A stretch of 14,982 bases of DNA from Candidatus Wukongarchaeum yapensis (GCA_016840425.1 JAEOSI010000030.1:1-14982); one strand, 5' to 3'; shown: positions 1 to 7,681, counted from the stretch's first letter. Made by a program: numbers and translations. Notes: generated by a model not told the origin, from the letters alone.

Positions 1-122
1 AAAAACCACCCAAAAACAAAAGCCTCACTACTATATACACTACTTTCGATATTTAAAGAGCAACAAGATCAAGTGTTTCGAACGCAGAAAAAGAAGAATC
101 TTCCCACAGGAAAAAAAAACTA

Positions 123-1424
123 TTAAACGTTCATACCAATTATCTCTTTCTCCAACCTCTCATGCTCCTTATCAGAAATTCCTAAAGACAACCTCAAATC
201 TTTTAACAATATCTTCCCTTTTTCGGATATTTTCCCACCCTCCAATGCTAACTGAAGCTGCTTCTTGTAAATCTCTAACGCGCTGATTAATTCTCTCTCC
301 AACCTCTCATGCTCCTTATCAGAAATTCCTAAAGATAACCTCAAATCTTTTAACAACCTACTCTCCTTTTCGGATATATCTCCACCACCCCATGCTAACT
401 GCAACTGCTTCCTGTAAATCTCTAACGCAGTCCCACTAGACAACCCAGTTTTACGCCTCCTACTGATAAAATCACGCGGAAATAACCTAGTCGTCAACCC
501 ACCTGCCATTTCCCTAACCGGGAAAAAAAGAATTAGCGTTAACAAAACAGCTGCAAAACGAGACAAGATAGACTCCTCACCCCCTGTAATAAAACGAACC
601 AGCACCTCTCCGCTCAAAATAAAAACCCAAACAAGAACTAAAACAGTCGTTATATAATAGAAACTTTTTGGCAAAATTAGATCGATATCGAACAACCTAT
701 GCTTCAAAATACCCACAGAAATTATAATCCCAGTTATCGATAAAGAGACTATACCCAGATCCAATTTTAAGTTAAAATCTGGGAATATCACCTCCAAGAG
801 ATCTTCCATAGTCGTGAAAATTAATGGAATTAAACTCGCAAGAATAAAATAAGCCGAACGCCGCCTTATCTCCTTATCTTCTAACCTGAACATCCTGAAG
901 AAGTTTACAGCAGCAAGAATTAACATTACTACTAAAAAAATGTCAAAGAAACCCCAAAGGAATGGGGGTGAAAATCTTTTGATATCCGCTTCAAAAAGGC
1001 CGAAAGGAGAACCATCCGATTCCCCCACACTAGGATATAGTTGGTCTATATCTATTGAAAAAACAGAGATGTAAAACAAAGGAACCACGTAAACTAAAAA
1101 CACTCGAAGATCCTCGAATATCTTTGTCCGATAAAGAAACACATACGAGAAATGAAATAATGTAGCGACTGCAAGAAGTGCCGTGGCTCTATTAAGAGCC
1201 ATCCAAAAGAGCCAAGTATCTGAATCCAAACTACACGTAGCCAACGCTACACTAAGGCATAGGATCGCCACGAAGAACTCCGCTATAATATATAATTGAA
1301 CCTGTTCATCTTTTCGCGCCTTAAAAAACAAAAGCCAAGCAATAATAAAATTGATTAAAAAGGCAATAAAATAGGGAATACTCCACGCATTAAAAAAATA
1401 ATCATCAAAAAGATCGGGAGCCAT
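123..1424 (-). CDS. Membrane protein: N-terminal histidine-kinase-type 7TM sensor region (HisKA_7TM-like), extra TM helices, two tandem TerB-like helical modules; no kinase domain
   Basis: About 9 hydrophobic segments. The end-of-7TM signature GILKHRLFDI is followed by the LFFPVREMAGGLTTRLF segment typical of such sensors. The C-terminus has two 49-aa repeats (ALEIYRKQLQLAWGGGDISEKESRLLKDLRLSLGISDKEHERLE). No H-box, HATPase or GGDEF motif. Family call from motif recall. Confidence 0.7.
   Translation of the reverse strand: MAPDLFDDYFFNAWSIPYFIAFLINFIIAWLLFFKARKDEQVQLYIIAEFFVAILCLSVALATCSLDSDTWLFWMALNRATALLAVATLFHFSYVFLYRTKIFEDLRVFLVYVVPLFYISVFSIDIDQLYPSVGESDGSPFGLFEADIKRFSPPFLWGFFDIFLVVMLILAAVNFFRMFRLEDKEIRRRSAYFILASLIPLIFTTMEDLLEVIFPDFNLKLDLGIVSLSITGIIISVGILKHRLFDIDLILPKSFYYITTVLVLVWVFILSGEVLVRFITGGEESILSRFAAVLLTLILFFPVREMAGGLTTRLFPRDFISRRRKTGLSSGTALEIYRKQLQLAWGGGDISEKESRLLKDLRLSLGISDKEHERLERELISALEIYKKQLQLALEGGKISEKGKILLKDLRLSLGISDKEHERLEKEIIGMNV
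143..428. repeat. In-frame 147-bp tandem duplication (2 copies) at the 3' end of the 7TM gene
   Basis: tccaacctctcatgctccttatcagaaattcctaaaga starts at 151 and again at 298. atctctaacgc occurs at 271 and 418. Period 147 nt = 49 codons. Confidence 0.95.
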
Positions 1425-1549
1425 TCACATCTCACACTCTCTATCAAGCGCTTTTATCCGAAACATCTACACAACCATAAATAAATTAAACTATCCAATC
1501 TTAAACCAAATAAAACCTATCAGAATACTAAGCTAGATTTCAAGTTTCT

Positions 1550-1687
1550 CTAAGTCTTTTCCACCTCTCTTTCTACTTCCCCAATAATCTCCTCCTCCTG
1601 CGACTGAATAATATACTTGCCCACTAAAACAGCGACAATAATAGTAGGATACAGTTGCCCAAAAATAGCGTTGTTATAAAAAAGCAT
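1550..1687 (-). pseudogene. Possible C-terminal remnant of a potassium-channel (Ion_trans_2) family gene
   Basis: Manual translation MLFYNNAIFGQLYPTIIVAVLVGKYIIQSQEEEIIGEVEREVEKT*. AIFGQLYPTIIVAVLVG resembles the last TM helix of prokaryotic channel proteins (EAIxGQLYxAIxIARLVG). No pore or selectivity filter is present. Confidence 0.35.
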
Positions 1688-1804
1688 TATAGTAGAAATG
1701 TAGCTTGTTAGCGTAAAAAAGGTTAAATGCTGCTTTACATTCGAATAAGAACCTATATTAATGAAAAGCTTATGTTAGCCCTAAATCAGCGGAGAGGTTA
1801 TGTC

Positions 1805-2683
1805 ATGAAAAAAAGTTATCCTTATCCTTCTGGCGAAGAGAAAGTTAAATGGGTCTCTACAGATTGGTTAGAGAAACATTTTGAAGATGAGAATATGATG
1901 GTATTAGATGTTCAACCTAACGTCCATGATTATATTCAAGAGCATATACCTGGTTCTGTTTACCTGAATGAAGGGTTGTTGCGTGTACCGTTAAAGGGTG
2001 TACCAACTTTTTATGTGCCTTCAGAGTCTATCCAGACAGTATTTCGCCGTGCGGGTCTTAAACCCGACGTGCCTGTTGTTGTTTATACTGGTATAGGATC
2101 TTACACAGGCTGGGGTAACGGGTTGGGACAGACAATGATGGCTTATTCTTTGGTACGCTTTGGACATGATAACGTCTACGTTCTTAATGGTGGTATTGAC
2201 AAATGGAAGAAAGAAGGTAGATCACTCAGTAAAATCTTTCCAAAGGTGGAAGAATCCAGTTTTACGGTTAATGTCCGCAAAGAATATTTTGTAGAATACG
2301 AAGAATTCAAAGCAATTAAGGATCATGAAGATGTAACCCTGTTGGATGCCCGTCCCTCTAATGTTTACGAGGGGCAAGGGCCTTGGATGAAGCCTGGCCA
2401 TATTCCTGGAGCCATCAACCTACCTTGGCCCAAACTGATGGACGACAAAAACAAGACCTTACTAAAACCTGATGAAGAGATCCGATCTATCCTCAAGGAA
2501 CATGGCATAACTTCCGACAAGACCATTCTCTGCTCTTGTGGTACCGGTCGCGAAGCTACCAACGAATTCATCCTTTTCAAATGGTATTTAAGCTACCCCA
2601 AAGTCAAAATTTATGAAGGATCATTTACTGAATGGACTTCTTATCCTGAAAACCCGACAGTAACCGGTAAAAATCCACGCTGA
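1805..2683 (+). CDS. Tandem-domain sulfurtransferase (rhodanese, TST/SseA family)
   Basis: Motifs WVSTDWL, DYIQEHIPGS, VYVLNGGIDKW, LLDARP, GHIPGA and YEGSFTEW; active-site loop CGTGREA. ATG at 1805 follows GGAGAGG and is preferred over the ORF-track start at 1727. Confidence 0.92.
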   Translation: MKKSYPYPSGEEKVKWVSTDWLEKHFEDENMMVLDVQPNVHDYIQEHIPGSVYLNEGLLRVPLKGVPTFYVPSESIQTVFRRAGLKPDVPVVVYTGIGSYTGWGNGLGQTMMAYSLVRFGHDNVYVLNGGIDKWKKEGRSLSKIFPKVEESSFTVNVRKEYFVEYEEFKAIKDHEDVTLLDARPSNVYEGQGPWMKPGHIPGAINLPWPKLMDDKNKTLLKPDEEIRSILKEHGITSDKTILCSCGTGREATNEFILFKWYLSYPKVKIYEGSFTEWTSYPENPTVTGKNPR

Positions 2684-2697
2684 AAGTTGAGATTAAA

Positions 2698-4068
2698 ATG
2701 CGATTAGAAATAATTAAATCAAAAGGACTTGCCCATAACAGCTACTTTCTTTCTGACGGAGAAGAAGCGCTAGTAGTAGATCCTCGTCGTGATTGCAGAG
2801 TTTACACTCAACTTGCAGATGATGAGTGCACAAAAATTAACTACATACTAGAGACTCACAGAAATGAAGATTATGTCATAGGCTCTCTCGAACTGCAGAA
2901 CATGACCGATGCTGAAATCGCTCACAGCAGAGAACTGCCTTTCAAGTATGGAGAGCATAGCCTTGATGACGGCGAGAACCTCAACATCGGAGGTTTAAAG
3001 ATCAAGACATTGTATACACCAGGGCATACTAATGACAGCATGTGCTACGTTGTTTATGAATCAGTGGGGATTAAAGACCCGCTAATAGTGTTCACAGGCG
3101 ATACTTTATTTGCGGGAGATGTAGGGCGCACCGACCTTTACGGGCGTGATATTCAGCAGGAGCAGTCTGAAAAGCTGTACGATAGCCTCCATGAGAAAGT
3201 CTTACAGCTTGGCGATCACGTCATAGCCTATCCAGCCCACGGCGCCGGCAGTATTTGCGGCAGCGAGATCAGCGACCGAGAATTTAGTACGATAGGCTAC
3301 GAACGAAAAACCAATCCCTTACTGCAACTGGACAAGGAACACTTCGCAAAACACATGCTAAAACAGAAGCTGACGGTACCTCCTTATTTCAATAAAATGG
3401 AAGAGTACAACCTAAACGGTCCACCTCTGCTAAACAAAACTCCTGCTAATCACCCTCTAAGCATTGCCGAGTTCGAAGAAGAAATGCAACAAACCCACAC
3501 AGCCATCGTTGACACACGAGAACCAGACGCATTTGCAGGTTCACACATACCGGACTCGCTTAACATTTGGCTAGACGGCCTCAGTTTCTTTCCCGGATGG
3601 GTATTAGCTTACGACCAGAGCATTCTGCTGGTCATGGAAAGGAAAGAGGATATAGAAACAGCGAAAGCCTACCTCTGGAGGCTCGGCTTCGACAATATCA
3701 TAGGCTACCTTTGTCCCGGCTTAAAGGAGTGGCGAAACGCCGGAAAACATATGGAGAATCTGGATACACTATCCTCAACAATGTTAAAAGCAAAGCTAGA
3801 CCGAAATGAAATCACCCTCGTGGATGTTCGAGAGCCCCACGAATGGGAGGAAGGATATATTGAAGGAGCCGAGAGAATTTACGTAGGACATCTAAAGGAA
3901 GAGGCAAATCGCTTACCTCACAACAAGCCTATAGCCACTCATTGCTCTTGGGGAGGCAGAGGTAGCTTGGGAGCCAGCATCTTGAAAAAGGCGGGATTCA
4001 AAGATGTCTACAACGTCCTCGGAGGCATAAAATCTTGGATAAAACAAGGATATCCAACCAAGAAATGA
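2698..4068 (+). CDS. MBL-fold metallo-hydrolase / persulfide-dioxygenase-like domain fused to two rhodanese domains (CstB-like architecture)
   Basis: Motifs VVDPRRD, ETHRNEDY (variant HxHxDH), TPGHT, FTGDTLFAGDVGRTDL, PAHGAGSICG, STIGYE. A Cys-less middle rhodanese (DTREPDAFAGSHIP) precedes a C-terminal rhodanese with CSWGGR. Starts 14 nt after the sulfurtransferase stop, so probably co-transcribed. Confidence 0.9.
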   Translation: MRLEIIKSKGLAHNSYFLSDGEEALVVDPRRDCRVYTQLADDECTKINYILETHRNEDYVIGSLELQNMTDAEIAHSRELPFKYGEHSLDDGENLNIGGLKIKTLYTPGHTNDSMCYVVYESVGIKDPLIVFTGDTLFAGDVGRTDLYGRDIQQEQSEKLYDSLHEKVLQLGDHVIAYPAHGAGSICGSEISDREFSTIGYERKTNPLLQLDKEHFAKHMLKQKLTVPPYFNKMEEYNLNGPPLLNKTPANHPLSIAEFEEEMQQTHTAIVDTREPDAFAGSHIPDSLNIWLDGLSFFPGWVLAYDQSILLVMERKEDIETAKAYLWRLGFDNIIGYLCPGLKEWRNAGKHMENLDTLSSTMLKAKLDRNEITLVDVREPHEWEEGYIEGAERIYVGHLKEEANRLPHNKPIATHCSWGGRGSLGASILKKAGFKDVYNVLGGIKSWIKQGYPTKK

Positions 4069-4416
4069 CAGGGCATCGATACTCCCTAGCACCTTACACC
4101 TTAAAACAGAACACCATTTTTGTGCCAAAATAAAGTTGAAAAAAAACCGTATAAAATCTTTTTTTGGGTGACAATAGACCTCGGAAAGCGATTTTTTTGC
4201 GTTTTTTAAGCGTCCCTAAATCTCAGGGTTGTGAATTCCCCTCCTTAAGAAACGGTAAAACAGTCTACAAAACGGACAAATAAAGTCACATATTTTTCTA
4301 TTCTTTTTTCGACATGCTTGCTAAATAATTAAGTAGTAAGATGAGCAAAAAGAAAAATGTGTTAAAAGTGCCTAAAAAGGGCGATTTTGCCCTATACATT
4401 CGCGAAAATGTTATTG

Positions 4417-4425
4417 AAAAAAAAA
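4417..4425 (-). terminator. Oligo-T terminator candidate downstream of histone A
   Basis: T9 run on the minus strand ~19 nt after the stop; an equivalent run follows histone B. Confidence 0.5.
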
Positions 4426-4443
4426 TCGCTTTTATATTAGGTT

Positions 4444-4617
4444 TTAAATGTCTTGTGCTTTGATTGTTTTTCTACCGTTTGCTTTTGTGCGTGTCATTGC
4501 GTCCGTAACTAGTTTTTCTACGGCTTTGTCAAGAGCTTTGATAGAGTCACTACCTACGAGGTGACCTTGTTTCTTAGCAAAGTCACGGTAAGCTTTTTGC
4601 ACAATATATTTGACCAT
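4444..4617 (-). CDS. Short (57 aa) alpha3-truncated histone-fold protein, copy A (face-to-face / bacterial-type histone-like)
   Basis: Manual translation MVKYIVQKAYRDFAKKQGHLVGSDSIKALDKAVEKLVTDAMTRTKANGRKTIKAQDI*. It shows the histone-fold L2 motif R-x-K-ANGRKTI-x-x-x-D, a long alpha2 (SDSIKALDKAVEKLVTDAMTR) and a basic composition. Upstream AGAGG RBS-like element, downstream T9. Below the ORF-track length cut-off. Confidence 0.88.
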   Translation of the reverse strand: MVKYIVQKAYRDFAKKQGHLVGSDSIKALDKAVEKLVTDAMTRTKANGRKTIKAQDI

Positions 4618-4712
4618 TTTATTTTCCTCTTATAATGCTTTTAATTTTTGTTTTGTCCGATAAGTATGGAACCTTTTTGTTTTGTTCCTAGGCTTCTTAT
4701 CGGCTTTTATAC

Positions 4713-4728
4713 TATTTAAGAATTTCCC
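4713..4728 (-). promoter_or_regulatory. BRE/TATA-like promoter of histone A
   Basis: Minus strand GGGAAATTCTTAAATA, conserved in the right arm as GGGAAATTTTTAAATA. Confidence 0.45.
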
Positions 4729-5323
4729 TTATTCGCGATATAAATTGAACAAAATGAAAAATGAAAATAGGAAAAAGTTAGGATGTTTTATGAAAAGAAC
4801 GATTTTTAAATATCATGATGTCGAATATCATTTTTTACTTAATAATTATGCATTGTTAGGAGGAGTGCTTTAACCTGAAAGTATTTAGAATAAAAAGAAG
4901 TAAATTGGATGAAAATATATCTTGAAATAATGGAATCTTCATATATGCAATTAATTGCTCTTGGGAAATAATGGCACGACGCAATTCTTTTTTTGTTTAA
5001 GTCTAATAACTAACGTGTTCTTATCGAACGATTCTTAAAAGCTATTAACCCCTGTTTTTAAGGGATTCTTCTAAGATACTTTGAAAACCTCTTAAAAGTT
5101 TCAGAGTTTTTGAATTCGCTGACCAAAAAAGAGGGTTCCTAACCGCTTAAGGTATCTGGAAACGGAAAACTGGAGATTCGATAAAGAAGGGGATGCTGAA
5201 GAACAAGAAGAAACTTTGAAAACTTAACAGCTTTTACAATAGGTTTATCAAGCAGAGGGGGGGTAAGTCTTGAAATTTGCTTCCGGGTCCAAGAGATGCT
5301 GAAGGGTTTTTAAAGTCAAGGGG

Positions 5324-5731
5324 TCAGGTTACTATTTCTGTTTTTATTTCTTCTATGTTTTTAAAGTCAGGGTCTCCTGAGTATAAAATTTTACAGCGGG
5401 ATAAGATTGCTGTTGCTAAGTGGATCATGTCTCCATAAGAAACAGGTTTTTGTTTACTATAATATTTGATTCTGAGGTTGGTGGCTATTATTGCTACTTC
5501 TTTTGTTACGGGCAATATTTTCAGGTTTTCAATTGCTTCTATGGTTCTCAGAACTTCTTCGCTTTTCTTTTTACCAAACTTTTGCTGTATCCTGTAGCTT
5601 ACTTCTGTCAGGACTATGGTGCTGATAACAGCTCCTTCCTCTAAAACTCTTTTTAAAATATCTTCTACCTTCCTCCAATGTTCATTTTCAGAAAAGTATT
5701 CTATCAAAATCCAGCTGTCTAGGTAGATCAT
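5324..5731 (-). CDS. vapC: PIN-domain toxin (VapC family), intact
   Basis: IYLDSWILIEY (D), VLTEV (E), SYGDMIHLATA (D), YSGDPDF (D). ATGA overlap with the upstream antitoxin; 135 aa. Confidence 0.92.
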   Translation of the reverse strand: MIYLDSWILIEYFSENEHWRKVEDILKRVLEEGAVISTIVLTEVSYRIQQKFGKKKSEEVLRTIEAIENLKILPVTKEVAIIATNLRIKYYSKQKPVSYGDMIHLATAILSRCKILYSGDPDFKNIEEIKTEIVT

Positions 5732-5973
5732 AGGTTATCCCAAGCTTTTTTTGACTCTCGGATCATTTGCTCTATTTCATCCTTATCAAACCTTACTTCT
5801 TGTCTAAGTTTTCTAAGCGTTTCTAAAGGGTTCTTGAGCACGGGCACGATCCTAATACCTTCCTCATCTACGAAAATCTCAAGCTTATCTCCTTTCTCCA
5901 AATTCAGCGTCTTTCTTATTCTTTTAGGTATGGTTATCTGCCCCTTACTTGTCAAAGTTATAGTTTCGCTCAC
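5728..5973 (-). CDS. AbrB/MazE/SpoVT-family antitoxin (VapB)
   Basis: TLTSKGQITIPKRIRKTLNLEKGDKLEI is the AbrB swapped-hairpin signature. GTG start preceded by AAGGTGA. Confidence 0.92.
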   Translation of the reverse strand: MSETITLTSKGQITIPKRIRKTLNLEKGDKLEIFVDEEGIRIVPVLKNPLETLRKLRQEVRFDKDEIEQMIRESKKAWDNL

Positions 5974-5983
5974 AAATAATCAC

Positions 5984-6027
5984 CTTACTAAAAACTAGAA
6001 GTAAGACTTCTTATATTTTTCCTTACC
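5984..6027 (-). promoter_or_regulatory. Putative autorepression operator and TATA element of the AbrB-VapC operon
   Basis: Inverted repeat CTTACT-N10-AGTAAG (5984-6005), a further CCTTAC half-site at 6021-6026, and AAAAATATAAG on the minus strand at 6010-6020. Confidence 0.5.
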
Positions 6028-6450
6028 AAATCCAAGATACCAGCATACACTCATAGCATAACAAACATGAAATCCGCAAAAAACACCCCCATAAAACAAA
6101 AAAACCCTCACTAACATATACCAAAACCCCATATTTAAGGAACAACAACTTCAGAAAAAAATAGAAAATGAAAAAAAACAGAGCAATGTACCGTTTTTTG
6201 AGAATTTCTAACAATCATAAACTTTTAATGGATCTAACTTCGTTTTATAATGTCGTAAATAGTGGTTTCACGACGATCTAATAAAAATAAATAAAACCCA
6301 AATAAGTAATAAAATAATGAAATTCTCAGAGAAATATTGGATGAATTTTAAAAGCGTCCGAATGTATCTGGGGTCCAGTCGTTAGGTTGGATTTGGGTGA
6401 AGTGTTAAGCATTGTAGCAAGATACACTTTGTTATCGGAAGTTGCGTAAT

Positions 6451-6782
6451 TCATTGCTGCAAAATTTCCACTATTTTCTCGATTATCTCATTGATCTTTT
6501 CAGCTTTGAGATGACCAACACAATATAAAACGATGTGGCGGTCTGCTGTAAATATTCGATTTGGTCTCACATTACTCTTTTGTTTAAGCGTTCCGGTTTC
6601 GAAGTCATTATCCTCGATTGGAACAGCATATTTATCTTTAATTTTTTGGCTTGTTATCTGGCAGAGGATTAGATCGTCTCTTCTAATTCAGCAATAACGA
6701 GAGCAGGACGTCTTTTGGCACGGGTTAAATCAGAAAATGGAAATGGTACAACCACCACATCTCCTTTTACAAATCTTGCCAA
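6451..6782 (-). pseudogene. PemK/MazF-family toxin with a 1-bp frameshift
   Basis: TTG start overlaps the antitoxin end and reads MARFVKGDVVVVPFPFSDLTRAKRRPALVIAELE, then a premature TAA at 6669-6671. Restoring one base near 6680 gives GDDLILCQITSQKIKDKYAVPIEDNDFETGTLKQKSNVRPNRIFTADRHIVLYCVGHLKAEKINEIIEKIVEILQQ* (TGA at 6451). The span is 332 nt = 333-1. Confidence 0.9.
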
Positions 6783-6961
6783 GCTTCCTCCTCCTCAGAT
6801 CTTAGCCAATCTTTCTTAAGAGAAGTTTCGCTTGCGATGGCTGTTCCCATCTTTTCTTTCAATGCTTTTGTTTCTAAAAAGCGGATGAAATCCAGTATTT
6901 CCCCGAGATACCGTTCAGGAACCTTCTCGATTTTCTTTAAGATTAATTCCTTAACGTCCAT
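6767..6961 (-). CDS. DUF2281-type antitoxin
   Basis: KVPERYLGEILDFIRFL ... ASETSLKKDWLRSEEEEAWQDL matches the pattern of DUF2281 proteins that overlap PemK-like toxins. Confidence 0.8.
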   Translation of the reverse strand: MDVKELILKKIEKVPERYLGEILDFIRFLETKALKEKMGTAIASETSLKKDWLRSEEEEAWQDL

Positions 6962-7018
6962 ATTTTCACGTTCCTATTTATTTTGCATGCCTAAGCATAA
7001 GCATTTTCTAACTATATT

Positions 7019-7096
7019 CTAGAATCTAGTATAGATCCTTTCTTTTTCAAGTATTTTAATAACTTTCTTTGGAGAAAGAGAAGGAAGTTTTGGCAT
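7019..7096 (-). pseudogene. hicA: HicA toxin N-terminal fragment (frameshifted and truncated)
   Basis: TAATG-coupled to the HicB stop. Reads MPKLPSLSPKKVIKILEK, then an extra A in the run at 7043-7047; the shifted frame reads KGSILDSRI*. The GSH catalytic motif and the C-terminal half are absent. Confidence 0.75.
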
Positions 7097-7326
7097 TATG
7101 AACCCCCTAAGACTAAAGTATATTCCGATGTTTTCTCATCCGTTGGAATTTCTTCTACATGTTCCTTTAAACTCTCTATATATAATTCAATAGCCTCTCT
7201 AGCCCGATCTATGGCTTCTTCTATAGTATCGCCATATGTAATACATCCTGGAAGAGAAGGGGCAATCACGGTATAACCGTCCTCAGGCTCTTTTCTAAGT
7301 AATACTCTATAACTCAGAGTTTGCAT
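7096..7326 (-). CDS. hicB: HicB-family antitoxin (short, UPF0150-type)
   Basis: YRVLLRKEPEDGYTVIAPSLPGCITYGDTIEEAIDRAREAIELYIESL is a classic HicB RNase-H-like fold pattern. ATG at 7326 chosen. Confidence 0.9.
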   Translation of the reverse strand: MQTLSYRVLLRKEPEDGYTVIAPSLPGCITYGDTIEEAIDRAREAIELYIESLKEHVEEIPTDEKTSEYTLVLGGS

Positions 7327-7665
7327 AACAATCAACCCTTTATTCTACTATAACTAAAAAATACTCACTTAAACAATTTCCATTAAATTTTTGGAAAACT
7401 AAAAGAAAAAGAAACTATTGGGACAATGAGCCACTATTTCACAACAAAAATAGAAATTATACCGTTATTTCAAGATATATTTTCATCCTACTTACTTCTT
7501 TTTATTCTAATATTTTGAGGTTAAAATGCTCCTCCCAATAATGCATAATTATTAAGTAAAAAAAGATATTCGACATTATGATATTTAAAATTCGTTCTTT
7601 TCACAAAATCCCCTAATTTTTTCCTATTTTCATTTTTCATTTTGTTACATTTATTTCGTGAATAA

Positions 7666-7681
7666 GGGAAATTTTTAAATA
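7666..7681 (+). promoter_or_regulatory. BRE/TATA-like promoter of histone B
   Basis: GGGAAATTTTTAAATA ~65 nt upstream of the ATG; AAGGAGA RBS at 7731-7737. Confidence 0.5.

Larger units (their letters stand above)
4343..4930 (-). repeat. Left arm of a large inverted duplication (partner 7465-8015), containing a histone gene with its promoter and terminator
   Basis: The reverse complement aligns by eye with 7465-8015. Inner end cttgaaataa (4921-4930) pairs with ttatttcaag (from 7465). Outer end gagcaaaaagaaaaa (from 4343) pairs with tttttctttttgctc (8001-8015). This arm carries an extra ~30 bp between 4645 and 4685. Confidence 0.93.

Noticed and set aside
1534-1543. TAGATTTCAA match to the TnpB guide region
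   Set aside because: Only 10 nt, AT-rich and distal from the seed; expected by chance.
1727-1804. N-terminal extension of the sulfurtransferase in the ORF track
   Set aside because: No domain similarity, and a better RBS precedes ATG 1805.
4682-4873. 63-aa ORF and its twin at 7521-7712 as bona fide proteins
   Set aside because: TTG starts without an RBS, overlap with the histone promoters, no recognisable motif and no clear synonymous bias. Their similarity is explained by the inverted duplication. Kept only as an alternative under the conservation finding.
4343-4930. Histone-bearing unit as a MITE or composite transposon end
   Set aside because: The unit has no terminal inverted repeats, no target-site duplication is visible, and there is no adjacent transposase.
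4920-4974. Direct repeat GAAATAATGG (4924, 4965) and palindrome GCAATTAATTGC (4947-4958) at the inner arm boundary
   Set aside because: Short and AT-rich, with no counterpart at the other inner boundary, so not supportable as a recombination site.
5122-5227. Open stretch PKKRVPNRLRYLETENWRFDKEGDAEEQEETLKT on the plus strand
   Set aside because: No start codon or recognisable family; possibly debris.
6023-6214. 63-aa hydrophobic ORF
   Set aside because: Low-complexity product of a T-rich intergenic strand that overlaps the VapBC promoter.
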